A stretch of 34,650 nucleotides of DNA from an uncultured Candidatus Saccharibacteria bacterium (GTDB lineage: Bacteria; Patescibacteriota; JAUYIX01). The notes under the pieces were generated by a model, which did no database searches, was not told where the DNA came from, and saw only the letters and a program-made list of their open reading frames with translations. The first letter of the stretch is position 1. Each line of letters starts with the position of its first letter. This document shows positions 21,751 through 30,762 of this stretch, in pieces. The stretch lies in assembly GCA_964503525.1 (NCBI GenBank), contig CAZCZY010000078.1, forward strand, positions 1 to 34,650, given 5' to 3'. The translations under genes were made by a program, and so were the position numbers.

Positions 21751-22608
21751 CTACTTAAACAGTTCGGTCAGCGTTTGGAATAGCGTTTGATCGCTGTCTG
21801 AAGTGGCGCCCGGAGTGCGACCGGTATAGCGCTGGGCAATATCAAGTGCTGGCTCCCCCGGATGCCGCGACTCGAGAATCGCCAAGTACGCCGCCGAGTA
21901 CAAAATACTCCAATCGTCTGCGGCGAGGCGGCGGATGCGTTCTGTTCGTGCCTGGTCGGATTTTTCTTGGTCCTGAGACTTGTCCTGGTCGGGAAAAAGG
22001 TCCGCGTCGTCGAGGCGCTCGATCTCATCAGCCGTCGAGAGCTTAACCTGGGCTATGCCGATACTTGTATTCTCGCCGGCCAGTGCTGAGACAACATCGC
22101 GCTCTAACTCTCCCGCATCCAATGCGCGCAACTCTTTTTCGATCGTGTATGCCACGAGTGCGGGTGCCAGATCAGTTTTTTTGGCCGCGCCCTCGGTGAG
22201 TGCAATCTGCTCGGCAGTCAGTATGAGATCAGCTGGCAGCGCCTCCTCAAAATCCTGAGCGGAACGCACGGCATCATATGGAGCCTTGGGTGCCGTCGCG
22301 GCAAATTCGGTCGCGCGATCAACCGCCAGACCAGCCTTGTCGAACACCTGACCAGCGTCTTCACACCCAGCCAAAAGCCCCATCGTTGCGCCAACAAAGA
22401 ATAGCGCCGCAATTTGCTTGCCCGCCCCTGCAATTTGCTTGCCCGCCCCTGCAATTTGTTTGGCGCCCTTTTTGTTTGCCGCGGATTTGGGTTTCGTCAG
22501 ATGTTCGCGCAATACGACCCACGGAAATACAAAAATAAAAGTCAGGGCGGTCACAATTGCGATACCACCGGTCAAAATATATTGGGCCAACGTGCGGAGA
22601 AAAAGCAC
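21751..22608 (-). CDS. membrane/lipoprotein-like protein with a weak SLT (lysozyme-like) motif set
   Basis: 285 aa. N-terminal TM helix, then a Lys-rich repeat, then a hydrophobic stretch ending in lipobox LLAG/C (Cys82). The C-terminal domain has TIEKEL, TSIGIAQVKLSTADEI and SILYSAAYLAIL, spaced like the ES / GLMQ / Y-L motifs of lytic transglycosylases. Weak. Confidence 0.65.
   Translation of the reverse strand: MLFLRTLAQYILTGGIAIVTALTFIFVFPWVVLREHLTKPKSAANKKGAKQIAGAGKQIAGAGKQIAALFFVGATMGLLAGCEDAGQVFDKAGLAVDRATEFAATAPKAPYDAVRSAQDFEEALPADLILTAEQIALTEGAAKKTDLAPALVAYTIEKELRALDAGELERDVVSALAGENTSIGIAQVKLSTADEIERLDDADLFPDQDKSQDQEKSDQARTERIRRLAADDWSILYSAAYLAILESRHPGEPALDIAQRYTGRTPGATSDSDQTLFQTLTELFK
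22409..22471. repeat. 21-bp in-frame tandem repeat (2 perfect copies plus 1 degenerate copy)
   Basis: GCAATTTGCTTGCCCGCCCCT occurs at 22409-22429 and again at 22430-22450, followed by the degenerate GCAATTTGTTTGGCGCCCTTT. On the minus strand it encodes (A)GAGKQIA repeats: KGAKQIAGAGKQIAGAGKQIA. Confidence 0.85.
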
Positions 22609-22617
22609 GTTCCTAGT

Positions 22618-23403
22618 CTACTTGACGGATGGTTGCGGTGGAAGTTCTAAAAAAAAATCACGGCGCCAGATAAAATTGTCCTGCTCGGCCGGTTTTTTGG
22701 GGCCGCGCCAAAAACTATTGACCCCACTTTGCGGAATAATTGCAGTACCCAGGTCTAGGTAGCGCAAGGGATTGGTTGCAACGATTGTTCCATCGGTACG
22801 AACCCGATCCAACTCAAAATGCAGATGCGGATTTTGCGTCTGGGCAGTACCAACACTCGCAAGCGCATCACCTGCCTTGACGAAATCCCCTACTGACACC
22901 GTTACATCTTTGAGATAGCCGTATGTTGTTTGAAAACCACGCTCGTGGTGCACGATCACGGTCGACCCAAACGCATCGCCAACAAAAACGACTTCGCCAT
23001 CAGCGGCGGCACGCACCGGCAAGCCAGGCATCGCGACAAAATCAAGTCCATTGTGGCGACCCTGCCATTGTTCGAGCATGGAGCCATGCATAGTTTGCGT
23101 TGCAGCCTGGAAGCCATGCAAGCCATACACAAACCACGTGTCACCGGGTTGGGCAACAAAACTTTCTTCAAATATGCCAAAGGGCTTAAGCGACCCTTCG
23201 ACCCCTAGCCATATGGTAGAGCGGGGATGGCCCGGCCAATCTTGCCAAATCGAGGCCTCTCTAAATGGCATTTGCAGAGTAAAACCGCCACTTGTATCTG
23301 CTAGGGCCGGCCAGAACATACCCACGGCAACGGCGACAGTTGCAACAGCAACCGCAAGCAAAAGCCAGATTTTATGAGACCAGTTTCGCAAAGTAGGTTG
23401 CAT
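22618..23403 (-). CDS. M23 family metallopeptidase, membrane anchored
   Basis: 261 aa. N-terminal anchor IWLLLAVAVATVAVAVGMFW. M23 motifs HNGLDF, AADGEVVFVG, TVIVHH and NPHLHFEL. Confidence 0.85.
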   Translation of the reverse strand: MQPTLRNWSHKIWLLLAVAVATVAVAVGMFWPALADTSGGFTLQMPFREASIWQDWPGHPRSTIWLGVEGSLKPFGIFEESFVAQPGDTWFVYGLHGFQAATQTMHGSMLEQWQGRHNGLDFVAMPGLPVRAAADGEVVFVGDAFGSTVIVHHERGFQTTYGYLKDVTVSVGDFVKAGDALASVGTAQTQNPHLHFELDRVRTDGTIVATNPLRYLDLGTAIIPQSGVNSFWRGPKKPAEQDNFIWRRDFFLELPPQPSVK

Positions 23404-23517
23404 AGCAAGTCCGCCAGGCTAACCGTTTACATACCGACTGGCAAGCGGTGCATTTATCCATTGACCAGGCCGCGATTATCTTTGACTTTTTGCACGAACT
23501 GTTACTTAATTAGTCGC

Positions 23518-24393
23518 ATGCAAAGGAGTTTTGCGGATTTTTGGACTGATATCGTAGGCAATATTGAAGATTCTGTACGCGAGTTTGCGCCGCGACTATA
23601 TTTGCTCGTGCTTGTTTTTGCGTTTTTCTTTTTGATCGCGCAGCTTTTTAAGCTGTATGGACAACGCAAAACGGACATCGACCTTTACAAACGCCCAGAT
23701 CCAGAAAAGGTCGAGCAATACAACCGAGTACGGCGAAAAATTCTTTTTGGTCGTTTCTTTAATTTTTTCTTTACTGTCGTCGCCATCGGTGCTTCGCTGG
23801 CCGTCGCGGGTGTCTCTATTGTTACGCTGATCAATAGTTTTGGTTTTCTTGGTGCGATACTCAGTTTTTCTCTAAGCGATTTTGTCCAGCAGTATTTTGC
23901 AGGTTTTTTGATTCTCGGCCAAAATCACATCAACATTGGCGAACAAATTAGAGTCGGCGAGGCGCGTGGTGTCGTCAAATCAATTGAATCCCGTTACACG
24001 GTGGTCCGAGATTATCAGGAACGCGACCTGTTGGTGCCCAACAACACGATGCTCAAAAACTACTTGGCGATAGAGCCGGTGCAATCGATTTTGCGCGACT
24101 TTGTAAAAGTTCGTGTCTCAAATAAAATCGACCCGCGTAAGGTGATAGAGATCGGCGAAAACGCATTACGTAGTGTGCCCGGTGTCGACCCTGGCGTACC
24201 GCCGCGCGGCTATTTGCGATATTTTGGTGAGGCCCTGCACATGGCGTTTTATTTTTCTGTGCCATCCGCACGCCGCCTACATTTTATTACGCGAAGTGAC
24301 GCCCTGGTCGCTTTAAAACAAGCCTTTGATCAGAACGGCATTGAGATTTCCTACCCGGCTGGTGTGATCGTGCAAGAGCTGGAAGAGGATTAA
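23518..24393 (+). CDS. mechanosensitive ion channel (MscS family)
   Basis: The ATG at 23518 gives 291 aa. TM helices, then the MscS beta-domain FAGFLILGQNHINIGEQIRVGEARGVVKSIESRYTVVRDYQERDLLVPNNTML. The tracked ORF from 23374 overlaps the M23 gene start and has an implausible N-terminus. Confidence 0.8.
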   Translation: MQRSFADFWTDIVGNIEDSVREFAPRLYLLVLVFAFFFLIAQLFKLYGQRKTDIDLYKRPDPEKVEQYNRVRRKILFGRFFNFFFTVVAIGASLAVAGVSIVTLINSFGFLGAILSFSLSDFVQQYFAGFLILGQNHINIGEQIRVGEARGVVKSIESRYTVVRDYQERDLLVPNNTMLKNYLAIEPVQSILRDFVKVRVSNKIDPRKVIEIGENALRSVPGVDPGVPPRGYLRYFGEALHMAFYFSVPSARRLHFITRSDALVALKQAFDQNGIEISYPAGVIVQELEED

Positions 24394-25586
24394 ACCCTCG
24401 CGTGCGCCCGTGCATCTCGATTCAGTACATCTGTTTTAACAGATAGATAGACGCGGATGTCGTCGCGCGTAACGGCACCAACCAGCCGTTGATGATCTAT
24501 CACGGGGAGACGTTCATAATTATTTGCGGCCATAATCTGTAGCGCCTTTGCTGCAGCGGTTTGAAGGCGCAAAAAATGATTTTGGCTGACGGGCTGCATT
24601 GCATGCTTGACGGTTAATTTAGCTAGATCAGCTACTGCAACGCGACGAACTTGCTCCAAAGAAATCTCGCCAATGATTTGGTCGGCTTGTCCATTAATTT
24701 GGCCGGCTTGAGTGACAAGCGCACCAACTACTTTTTGACCAAGCAGAATTTTTTCAACAAAATCGCGCAGACTTGTGTCGCTGGGAACCACCACTGGCCG
24801 CGGCGACATGAGATCTCGGGCAGTTATTTTTTCTAGTGTAGACATGAGGACGACTTGCAACACACTCTCGCGTGCAGCAGAAATCAAAAAATAACCGATA
24901 AACCCGTACCAGACGAGCGCCAAAACACTTCCCAGCACCAGGAATTGAAAAATCCCGAACGCCACAATCAGGTAGCCGACACCAATCCCAAATCTTGCTG
25001 CGATACGTGTTGCTTTTACTTGATCGTATTTTTTCCATAGGGCAGCGCGCAGTAATCGTCCGCCGTCGAGAGGGTAGCCCGGAATAAGATTAAACAGAGC
25101 GAGGGCGAGATTTATGAAACTAAGATACTGAAATGCGACAGCGAGTGGTGGTAATAGAGGCGCGATTAGTGCGCTGATTCCAAAAAATAGTGCACTTAAG
25201 CCGAGGCTGGTCAGTGGTCCGGCGATTGCGATTTTTAATTCTGTGCCAGGATGTTTGGGCTCTTGAGTAAGATTGGCGACGCCACCAAAAATAAAAAGGG
25301 TGATCTTATGAATGCCGACTCCATTGCGATTGGCGACAACAGAGTGAGCCAGTTCGTGCGTCAGGACTGAGCTAAAGAAAAGTAATGTTGTCAGAATACC
25401 AAGCAGGACACTCAGCGTAGTGTTGAAGCCGTAGACTTGCGGAAAAAACTGAAACGCCAGCGAGTAAAAGACGAGTGCAAAAACAATAAACCACGAGTAA
25501 TCAAGCTCGATAGTTATTCCGAAGATTTTTCCCAGGCGCACGGCACGAACAAAAAAGAAGCTTGGCATTGCGTAATAATGCCACAC
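24390..25586 (-). CDS. site-2 protease (M50 family) with tandem CBS domains
   Basis: 398 aa. HELAHSVVA (HExxH), NLIPGYPLDGGR, and a C-terminal CBS pair (ITARDLMSPRPVVVPSDTSL..., ...NYERLPVIDHQRLVGAVTRDDI). Confidence 0.85.
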   Translation of the reverse strand: MWHYYAMPSFFFVRAVRLGKIFGITIELDYSWFIVFALVFYSLAFQFFPQVYGFNTTLSVLLGILTTLLFFSSVLTHELAHSVVANRNGVGIHKITLFIFGGVANLTQEPKHPGTELKIAIAGPLTSLGLSALFFGISALIAPLLPPLAVAFQYLSFINLALALFNLIPGYPLDGGRLLRAALWKKYDQVKATRIAARFGIGVGYLIVAFGIFQFLVLGSVLALVWYGFIGYFLISAARESVLQVVLMSTLEKITARDLMSPRPVVVPSDTSLRDFVEKILLGQKVVGALVTQAGQINGQADQIIGEISLEQVRRVAVADLAKLTVKHAMQPVSQNHFLRLQTAAAKALQIMAANNYERLPVIDHQRLVGAVTRDDIRVYLSVKTDVLNRDARAHARV

Positions 25587-25610
25587 TCAGGCTTACTGCC
25601 CAACCCATAC

Positions 25611-26564
25611 TTACCTCCCAAAGACGCGAATCTTGGCGCGGTGTTCGGCACGACGATTTTCTAAATCGTGTTTATCGAAATGGCGAGCGCTCATTCGTAG
25701 TCCAAATATGTGCAGGCGTGAGTTTAATATAACGAGTTGGCAATACGTCTTAAACCGCAACGATTTTAGTGGCCCGCGCTGGTGCTTGGCCATGACATAT
25801 TGCGTTGTATCGCGATAGGCCTTGAGACGCTCGTCGCTTATTCGCTTGCCATAGAACTGCTCAGCGGATTTGTTCCAGGCATGAATGATGGTGGCCGTGT
25901 TTGTCACAAAATTACGGCGCCCAAGTTTGTGCAAACGCCAACAAAGTTCCATATCCTCCGAGTACAAGAATATTTTTGGGTCGAACAACATTAGTCCACC
26001 ATTAATTTCTCGTGGAAACAATAACGCCGCACCGGCCGACCAATCTACGGCGGTGAGTGTTTGTTCACGGGCACGATGTTCGTCAATTTTTTCGAACCAA
26101 AATAATTTACGTAGCTCCGACCAAATGCCGGGAAAATTGTACGCCGAGGGTTGTTCTTTGCCATGCTGTCCTGTGTGGTCTGGAAAAACCAGACGTGCAC
26201 CGAGCGTGCCCAGTTGAGAAATATTTTCGGCGATTAATATGAGTCTGTCGAGTGCGCCGGCAGTGACTTGTGCATCGGGGTTGAGCGCTAAGATAAATTC
26301 GCCACTCGCTTGCTGAATTGCGCGATTGTTAGCACAACCAAAACCTTCATTGCCACTGTTGCGGGTGAGGCGGACCGTCGGGTGCTGTTGTGCGACGTAG
26401 GCGGCCGTGCCATCTCTTGATGCATTGTCCACGACAAATATTTCGTGCGAGCATTGAGGTGGAAAATTTTTCAAAGAATCTAAGCAGGCGCCAATTTGAT
26501 CGCGTGATTGATACGTTACGACAACAATTGAGAGTCTTACTGTGTTGGTTGTGATTGCACTCAT
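25611..26564 (-). CDS. GT2 glycosyltransferase (rhamnosyltransferase-like)
   Basis: LSIVVVTYQSRDQIGACLDSL, IFVVDNASRDGT, NEGFGCANNRAI and LNPDAQV. 317 aa. Confidence 0.85.
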   Translation of the reverse strand: MSAITTNTVRLSIVVVTYQSRDQIGACLDSLKNFPPQCSHEIFVVDNASRDGTAAYVAQQHPTVRLTRNSGNEGFGCANNRAIQQASGEFILALNPDAQVTAGALDRLILIAENISQLGTLGARLVFPDHTGQHGKEQPSAYNFPGIWSELRKLFWFEKIDEHRAREQTLTAVDWSAGAALLFPREINGGLMLFDPKIFLYSEDMELCWRLHKLGRRNFVTNTATIIHAWNKSAEQFYGKRISDERLKAYRDTTQYVMAKHQRGPLKSLRFKTYCQLVILNSRLHIFGLRMSARHFDKHDLENRRAEHRAKIRVFGR

Positions 26565-27793
26565 GAATTCTCCTCATTTTCACGCGCCCGTTGCTTCCCA
26601 TGTTCGCCTTGGCGAACAGTATTCCAAGTTGCGGCACGTCTACCACGCACATAGTCGATGAGCCCGAGGAGGCTGGCAGCATTTGTGACAACAAAATACG
26701 CCATAGCTAAAGATCCGGGGAGTGACTTAGTTGCTTTGGGCACAACAAGTCCGACTATTGCCAACGAAATAAAAAATAATGCAATGCCTAGTGGAGCGCC
26801 TTGACCCAAGACGGCAAGAGCCACACTCAGCAAAAAAGCCGAGATGAGCAGCTCTGCACCAAGCCAGCGCAGCACTTTGTGTGCAATGAGCATCGTTTGC
26901 AATTTCTGGTTGCCACTGTGCCAGGCAGCGCGCCACAATGTCGGCAAGGCCACAAAACCCTGAGTGACCAAGCGGCGCTTGCGATTGAATTCCTGGCGCA
27001 TGGAGGTTGATGCAGGCTCGTAGGCTACGGCGTCGTGTGCTCGCATCACTTTGAATCCTTGTGCGACGAGCAGAAATGGCAAGACCAGATCACTCACAAG
27101 CCAGGGCCTCAGTTTTATATAGCGCTCTCGCCGAACCGCATAAATTGGACCATTGACGCCGATAGTTGAGAGCCAGATGGACTCGCCAGCTTTTATTTTT
27201 TCGTCGACTATTCTGAATAAGCCTTCGTTAATTTTTTCTTCTATTGCCTCATTTGCCTCGGCTTCTTCCGCGTGCCCGTCGCGCGTGAGGACAAGCGTCC
27301 CCGTCGTTGAAGCGACCTGTTTGTCAACAAATGGTGCAACGAGCGCGCGTAGGCTTTTCTTGTCCCAGCGCAAATTTCCGTCGGCAAAGGCAACTACGTC
27401 TGAGGTTGCGCGAGCTACCATTCGATTTTGACATTCAGTTTTTCCAATACGTCCTTCAAAACGAACCAGCCGAATCCCCTGCTGGGCAAACTTTTTAACG
27501 ATCTGGTCAGTTTGATCCGTTGATCCGTCAGAAAATACTTCGATGTTAAAGCGGTGTTGCGGATAATCCTGCACTTGTAAACTCGTCAGGGTTTTAGCAA
27601 TGTTTTTTTCCTCGTTGTATGCCGCGACGATGATAGTTACTGAGGGTACAAAGTTTGCATCTAGAGAGGGTGTCTGATCTTTTTTTTGTGAGCGTGCGGC
27701 TCGTGCGATAGCGATCATAAAAAGCGGATACCAAATAAACGGTATGCTCGCGACAAAAAGCAGCGTCCAAAAAATTACAGCCACCAAAACCAT
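26561..27793 (-). CDS. membrane-integrated GT2 glycosyltransferase (processive synthase-like)
   Basis: 410 aa. N-terminal TM, VTIIVAAYNEEKNI, IEVFSDGSTDQT, FADGN, and C-terminal TM helices. 4-nt overlap with the downstream GT2. Confidence 0.8.
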   Translation of the reverse strand: MVLVAVIFWTLLFVASIPFIWYPLFMIAIARAARSQKKDQTPSLDANFVPSVTIIVAAYNEEKNIAKTLTSLQVQDYPQHRFNIEVFSDGSTDQTDQIVKKFAQQGIRLVRFEGRIGKTECQNRMVARATSDVVAFADGNLRWDKKSLRALVAPFVDKQVASTTGTLVLTRDGHAEEAEANEAIEEKINEGLFRIVDEKIKAGESIWLSTIGVNGPIYAVRRERYIKLRPWLVSDLVLPFLLVAQGFKVMRAHDAVAYEPASTSMRQEFNRKRRLVTQGFVALPTLWRAAWHSGNQKLQTMLIAHKVLRWLGAELLISAFLLSVALAVLGQGAPLGIALFFISLAIVGLVVPKATKSLPGSLAMAYFVVTNAASLLGLIDYVRGRRAATWNTVRQGEHGKQRARENEENS

Positions 27794-28665
27794 GATTTTC
27801 TTAAGTTACGGATCTTGCGCTGCGTTTCTCGCGAGATGGGTTTGCGGTCGGCCAATGCGATGGAGCGTCGTCGCCAACCATCCGCAAACCCGCGTGTTAC
27901 CAAATACAGGCGATCGGGAAAATTTCTTGCTGCATTGTTCGCCGCGTGTGCCATATAGTGAAACGTGGAGTACGGCCACGGTAAATTTCTCCAGGCAAAC
28001 CACATGTGGTTACGAACATCAAAATAATTTCGCCAGAGATTGCGTTCGGCAAGATTGACTTTGTGAAATACTTCAATGTCCGGCGTGTACCAAATTTCCC
28101 AGTCGTGATCGAGCATCCGGTAGGACAAATCTTTTTCTTCGGTTGAATAAAAGTAGTAGCCCGGGTATGAGCCAGTTTGTCTCAACGCTGTAGCACGAAT
28201 CGCGTGACCAGCACCGGGATAATATGAAGCCTCAAATTTTTTATTGCCCCACTCCTCTACGGGTCGTCCCTGATAGTGCCACTGGATTACGTCGTGCGGC
28301 TCTATATAGGAGCGTTCGCGAAATCCGAGAATGCCGAGATGTGGATTTCTCTCAAATTCATTTACTATTTTTTGCGTTGCTCCTTGGTCACGTAACACCG
28401 CATCATCGTCGACAAAAATGAGCACGTCCCCTGTTGCAGTTTTAATGCCGGCATTTCGTCCGGCATCGACGCCACTATTGGTTTGTAGTGTGACAAGCCG
28501 CGCCTTTGGAAAATTGGTACGAACTCGAACAACCGTGTCATCGCTCGACTTGTTGTCTACGACGACGATTTCTTTGTTTGTGTAAGCTTGCGAAAAAAGA
28601 GCTCGCAGATTTTCAACAAGATCCACGGCCCGATTACGCGTTAAGACGACAAAACTAACTTTCAT
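27775..28665 (-). CDS. GT2 glycosyltransferase
   Basis: MKVSFVVLTRNRAVDLVENLRAL, IVVVDNKSSDDT and LIFVDDDAV. ATG at 28665 is preferred; the ORF opens at TTG 28701. 19-nt overlap with the downstream GT2. Confidence 0.8.
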   Translation of the reverse strand: MKVSFVVLTRNRAVDLVENLRALFSQAYTNKEIVVVDNKSSDDTVVRVRTNFPKARLVTLQTNSGVDAGRNAGIKTATGDVLIFVDDDAVLRDQGATQKIVNEFERNPHLGILGFRERSYIEPHDVIQWHYQGRPVEEWGNKKFEASYYPGAGHAIRATALRQTGSYPGYYFYSTEEKDLSYRMLDHDWEIWYTPDIEVFHKVNLAERNLWRNYFDVRNHMWFAWRNLPWPYSTFHYMAHAANNAARNFPDRLYLVTRGFADGWRRRSIALADRKPISRETQRKIRNLRKSWFWWL

Positions 28666-28719
28666 TAGAGTTGTGGATCCTGCCAGAGTAAGGTCATTCA
28701 ATCAAGTCGCTCAAGATAA

Positions 28720-28747
28720 GAAAAAGGGGCACCGTTTGATGCCCCTG
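28720..28747 (-). terminator. rho-independent terminator between the rmlA-like gene and the GT2 block
   Basis: On the minus strand AGGGGCA-tcaaacgg-TGCCCCT forms a 7-bp stem, followed by TTTTTCTT. Confidence 0.7.
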
Positions 28748-28752
28748 AGACG

Positions 28753-29586
28753 TTACTCTTCCGACAGTTCTTCTTCTGTAATAGGCCCCAGTACGTGATC
28801 GACCAGCTTATGCGGGTCGGTCATGCCGTGTTCACGCATTGCGCCAAAGATGCTTGCCCGCAAAAGTGAGTCAGGGGTGCCGGCGTCAGTCCACGTGCCA
28901 TCGTAGATTTCGTAGGTGAGAAGTCCGCGGCGCAAATACTCGTTGTTAACGTCTGTGATCTCGAGTTCTCCGCGCCCTGATGGTCGCTGCTGCTCAATGA
29001 TCTTAAAGACATCAGCGTCGTAGAGATACACACCAATTGCTGCGTATCGCGACTTTGGGTTTTTTGGTTTTTCCTCGATGGCAACGAGGCGGCTCTTGCC
29101 TGGCTCGCCCTCAAAGACTGGGACACCAAAGCGCTCCGGGTCAGGAACTTCGACGAAGAACACCATGGCTCCCACGCCTTTTTGTTCCTCGAAAAACCGC
29201 TGAACGCCTCGCTTGATGAACTTCCCTAGGACATCATTGTCGCCGAGGAACACCAGTTGCGGACAATTCCCCACCCAATTCTTGGTCAGGTAGTGCGCAG
29301 CAGCGATTCCACCAGAGCCTTTCTGTCTAAGAAACGCAATATCAGCCCCAGGCATGTCGAGTGCAGGATCGTCCGGATCGACTGTCTGAACAACCGGCCC
29401 AATGTGATCCTCGCCGGAAACGACAAGAAACCTGCGACAACCAACAGCGTACCCAGCTTTGAGCGGCCGAAAAATCATCGGCCACTTGTATATTGGCAAA
29501 AGGTGTTTGTTCGTTGCTTTGGTTGCGGGTAAGAGTCGTGTCCCCTTCCCGCCTGCTAGGACAACCGTAATCAGTTCGTGCACCAT
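28753..29586 (-). CDS. sugar-1-phosphate nucleotidyltransferase (RmlA/glucose-1-phosphate thymidylyltransferase-like)
   Basis: 277 aa. VVLAGGKGTRLLPATKATNKHLLPI, FLGDND, PERFGV, EEKPKNPKS and AIGVYLY. Confidence 0.85.
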   Translation of the reverse strand: MVHELITVVLAGGKGTRLLPATKATNKHLLPIYKWPMIFRPLKAGYAVGCRRFLVVSGEDHIGPVVQTVDPDDPALDMPGADIAFLRQKGSGGIAAAHYLTKNWVGNCPQLVFLGDNDVLGKFIKRGVQRFFEEQKGVGAMVFFVEVPDPERFGVPVFEGEPGKSRLVAIEEKPKNPKSRYAAIGVYLYDADVFKIIEQQRPSGRGELEITDVNNEYLRRGLLTYEIYDGTWTDAGTPDSLLRASIFGAMREHGMTDPHKLVDHVLGPITEEELSEE

Positions 29587-29687
29587 CGAACTACCTCACT
29601 TTCAAGGAACGACCCGGCACTAGGAGCGATTTTTGTAGCATATCTTTCGCATTGCATTCAAGCCATTGCTACGCTAGTTTGGCCTTG

Positions 29688-30368
29688 ATGGAAAAAGTAG
29701 CTAGTAAAAGGGCTTGGATTGTCATTCCCGTCTTCAATGAAGAGCGTGTTATTAGTGCAGTCATCTCGGAGGTCAAGAGTGCTGGTTTGCGCAATATACT
29801 CGTTGTTGATGATGGTAGCAGTGATGGTACATATCAGGCTGCGGTATCATCAAGCGTTATTGTTGTCCGTCATTTGCTGAACAGAGGCAAGGGCGCAGCG
29901 GCAAAAACCGGCCTTGAAGCTGCAAAATTACTTGGTGCTGAATTTATTGTGACCATGGACGGAGACGGCCAGCACAATCCACATGACATCTTATTAATGC
30001 TGGAGAAACTAGCCAAAAATAATGATGTGATATTGGGCACGCGATCATTTGCGGATTCGCATATGCCTCTTGTCAAAAAGATAGCTAACCATATCGGAAA
30101 TTTTTTTACATGGTTCATCTACGGTTTGTGGGTATCAGATAGTCAGTCGGGTTTCCGTGCTTACACGCGTAGAGCAATAAATTTGATAAGCACAAATACA
30201 GACAGATATGAATACGATAGTGAAATAATCCGCGAGATTTATCGGCACAGACTGAGGTTTTGTGAAGTACCCATAGAAGTACGTTATACAACGTATTCTA
30301 TGAGTAAACTTCATAAACAAAATTTTAAAAATGGGATCAAGACCATGCTAAAAATGTTTATTTCGTAA
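29688..30368 (+). CDS. GT2 glycosyltransferase, polyprenol-phosphate sugar synthase-like
   Basis: ATG at 29688; the ORF opens at 29652. WIVIPVFNEERVI, LVVDDGSSDGT, NRGKGAAAKTG, VTMDGDGQHNP and SDSQSGFRAY. Confidence 0.85.
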   Translation: MEKVASKRAWIVIPVFNEERVISAVISEVKSAGLRNILVVDDGSSDGTYQAAVSSSVIVVRHLLNRGKGAAAKTGLEAAKLLGAEFIVTMDGDGQHNPHDILLMLEKLAKNNDVILGTRSFADSHMPLVKKIANHIGNFFTWFIYGLWVSDSQSGFRAYTRRAINLISTNTDRYEYDSEIIREIYRHRLRFCEVPIEVRYTTYSMSKLHKQNFKNGIKTMLKMFIS

Positions 30369-30372
30369 CGCC

Positions 30373-30762
30373 GTGAGTACCTCATTTTCTTTTTTTCAAA
30401 TTGTTGTAACGATCATTGCCATTGGCTACTTGACCGACGCTGTCGTAAGATTTTCGGACCGCCAGCGCAGGTCCTTTTCAAAATTGCTGCTGACCTTTGC
30501 CGTATGGGCAGTAATCCTAATTTTTTCGCTGAGTCCACAGGTTACACATCGGCTGTCTAATATTCTCGGCTTTGGACAAAACCTAAATACCCTCATTTTT
30601 TTGGGATTCGTTGTTACATTTGTAATTATTTTTAAGATTTATGGCATACAAGAAAATGCGCAGCGCCAGATCACTAGCTTAGTGCGGCAACAAGCCCTCG
30701 AGCCGTTACGACATTCACTTGCAACAAAGGCACCCGCTAAAATGGAAGACGATCAGTCTTAA
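30373..30762 (+). CDS. DUF2304-like small membrane protein
   Basis: 129 aa from GTG, 4 nt after the GT2 stop. 3-4 TM. The pattern (FQIVVTIIAIGYL...RFSDRQ...LLTFAVWAVILIF...THRLSNILGFGQNLNTLIFLGFVV) and its position right after a GT2 match the DUF2304 arrangement. Confidence 0.65.
   Translation: MSTSFSFFQIVVTIIAIGYLTDAVVRFSDRQRRSFSKLLLTFAVWAVILIFSLSPQVTHRLSNILGFGQNLNTLIFLGFVVTFVIIFKIYGIQENAQRQITSLVRQQALEPLRHSLATKAPAKMEDDQS

Noticed and set aside
22409-22471. Tandem repeat considered as a possible CRISPR or other non-coding array
   Set aside because: The copies are directly adjacent with no spacers. There are only 2-3 of them, the period is 21 bp, and they are in frame inside a long ORF. No cas genes are present in the window.
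23374-23517. 48-aa N-terminal extension of the MscS ORF
   Set aside because: It would overlap the divergent M23 gene start by 30 nt, and it encodes a basic, Cys-containing, non-membrane sequence. ATG 23518 gives a typical MscS N-terminus.
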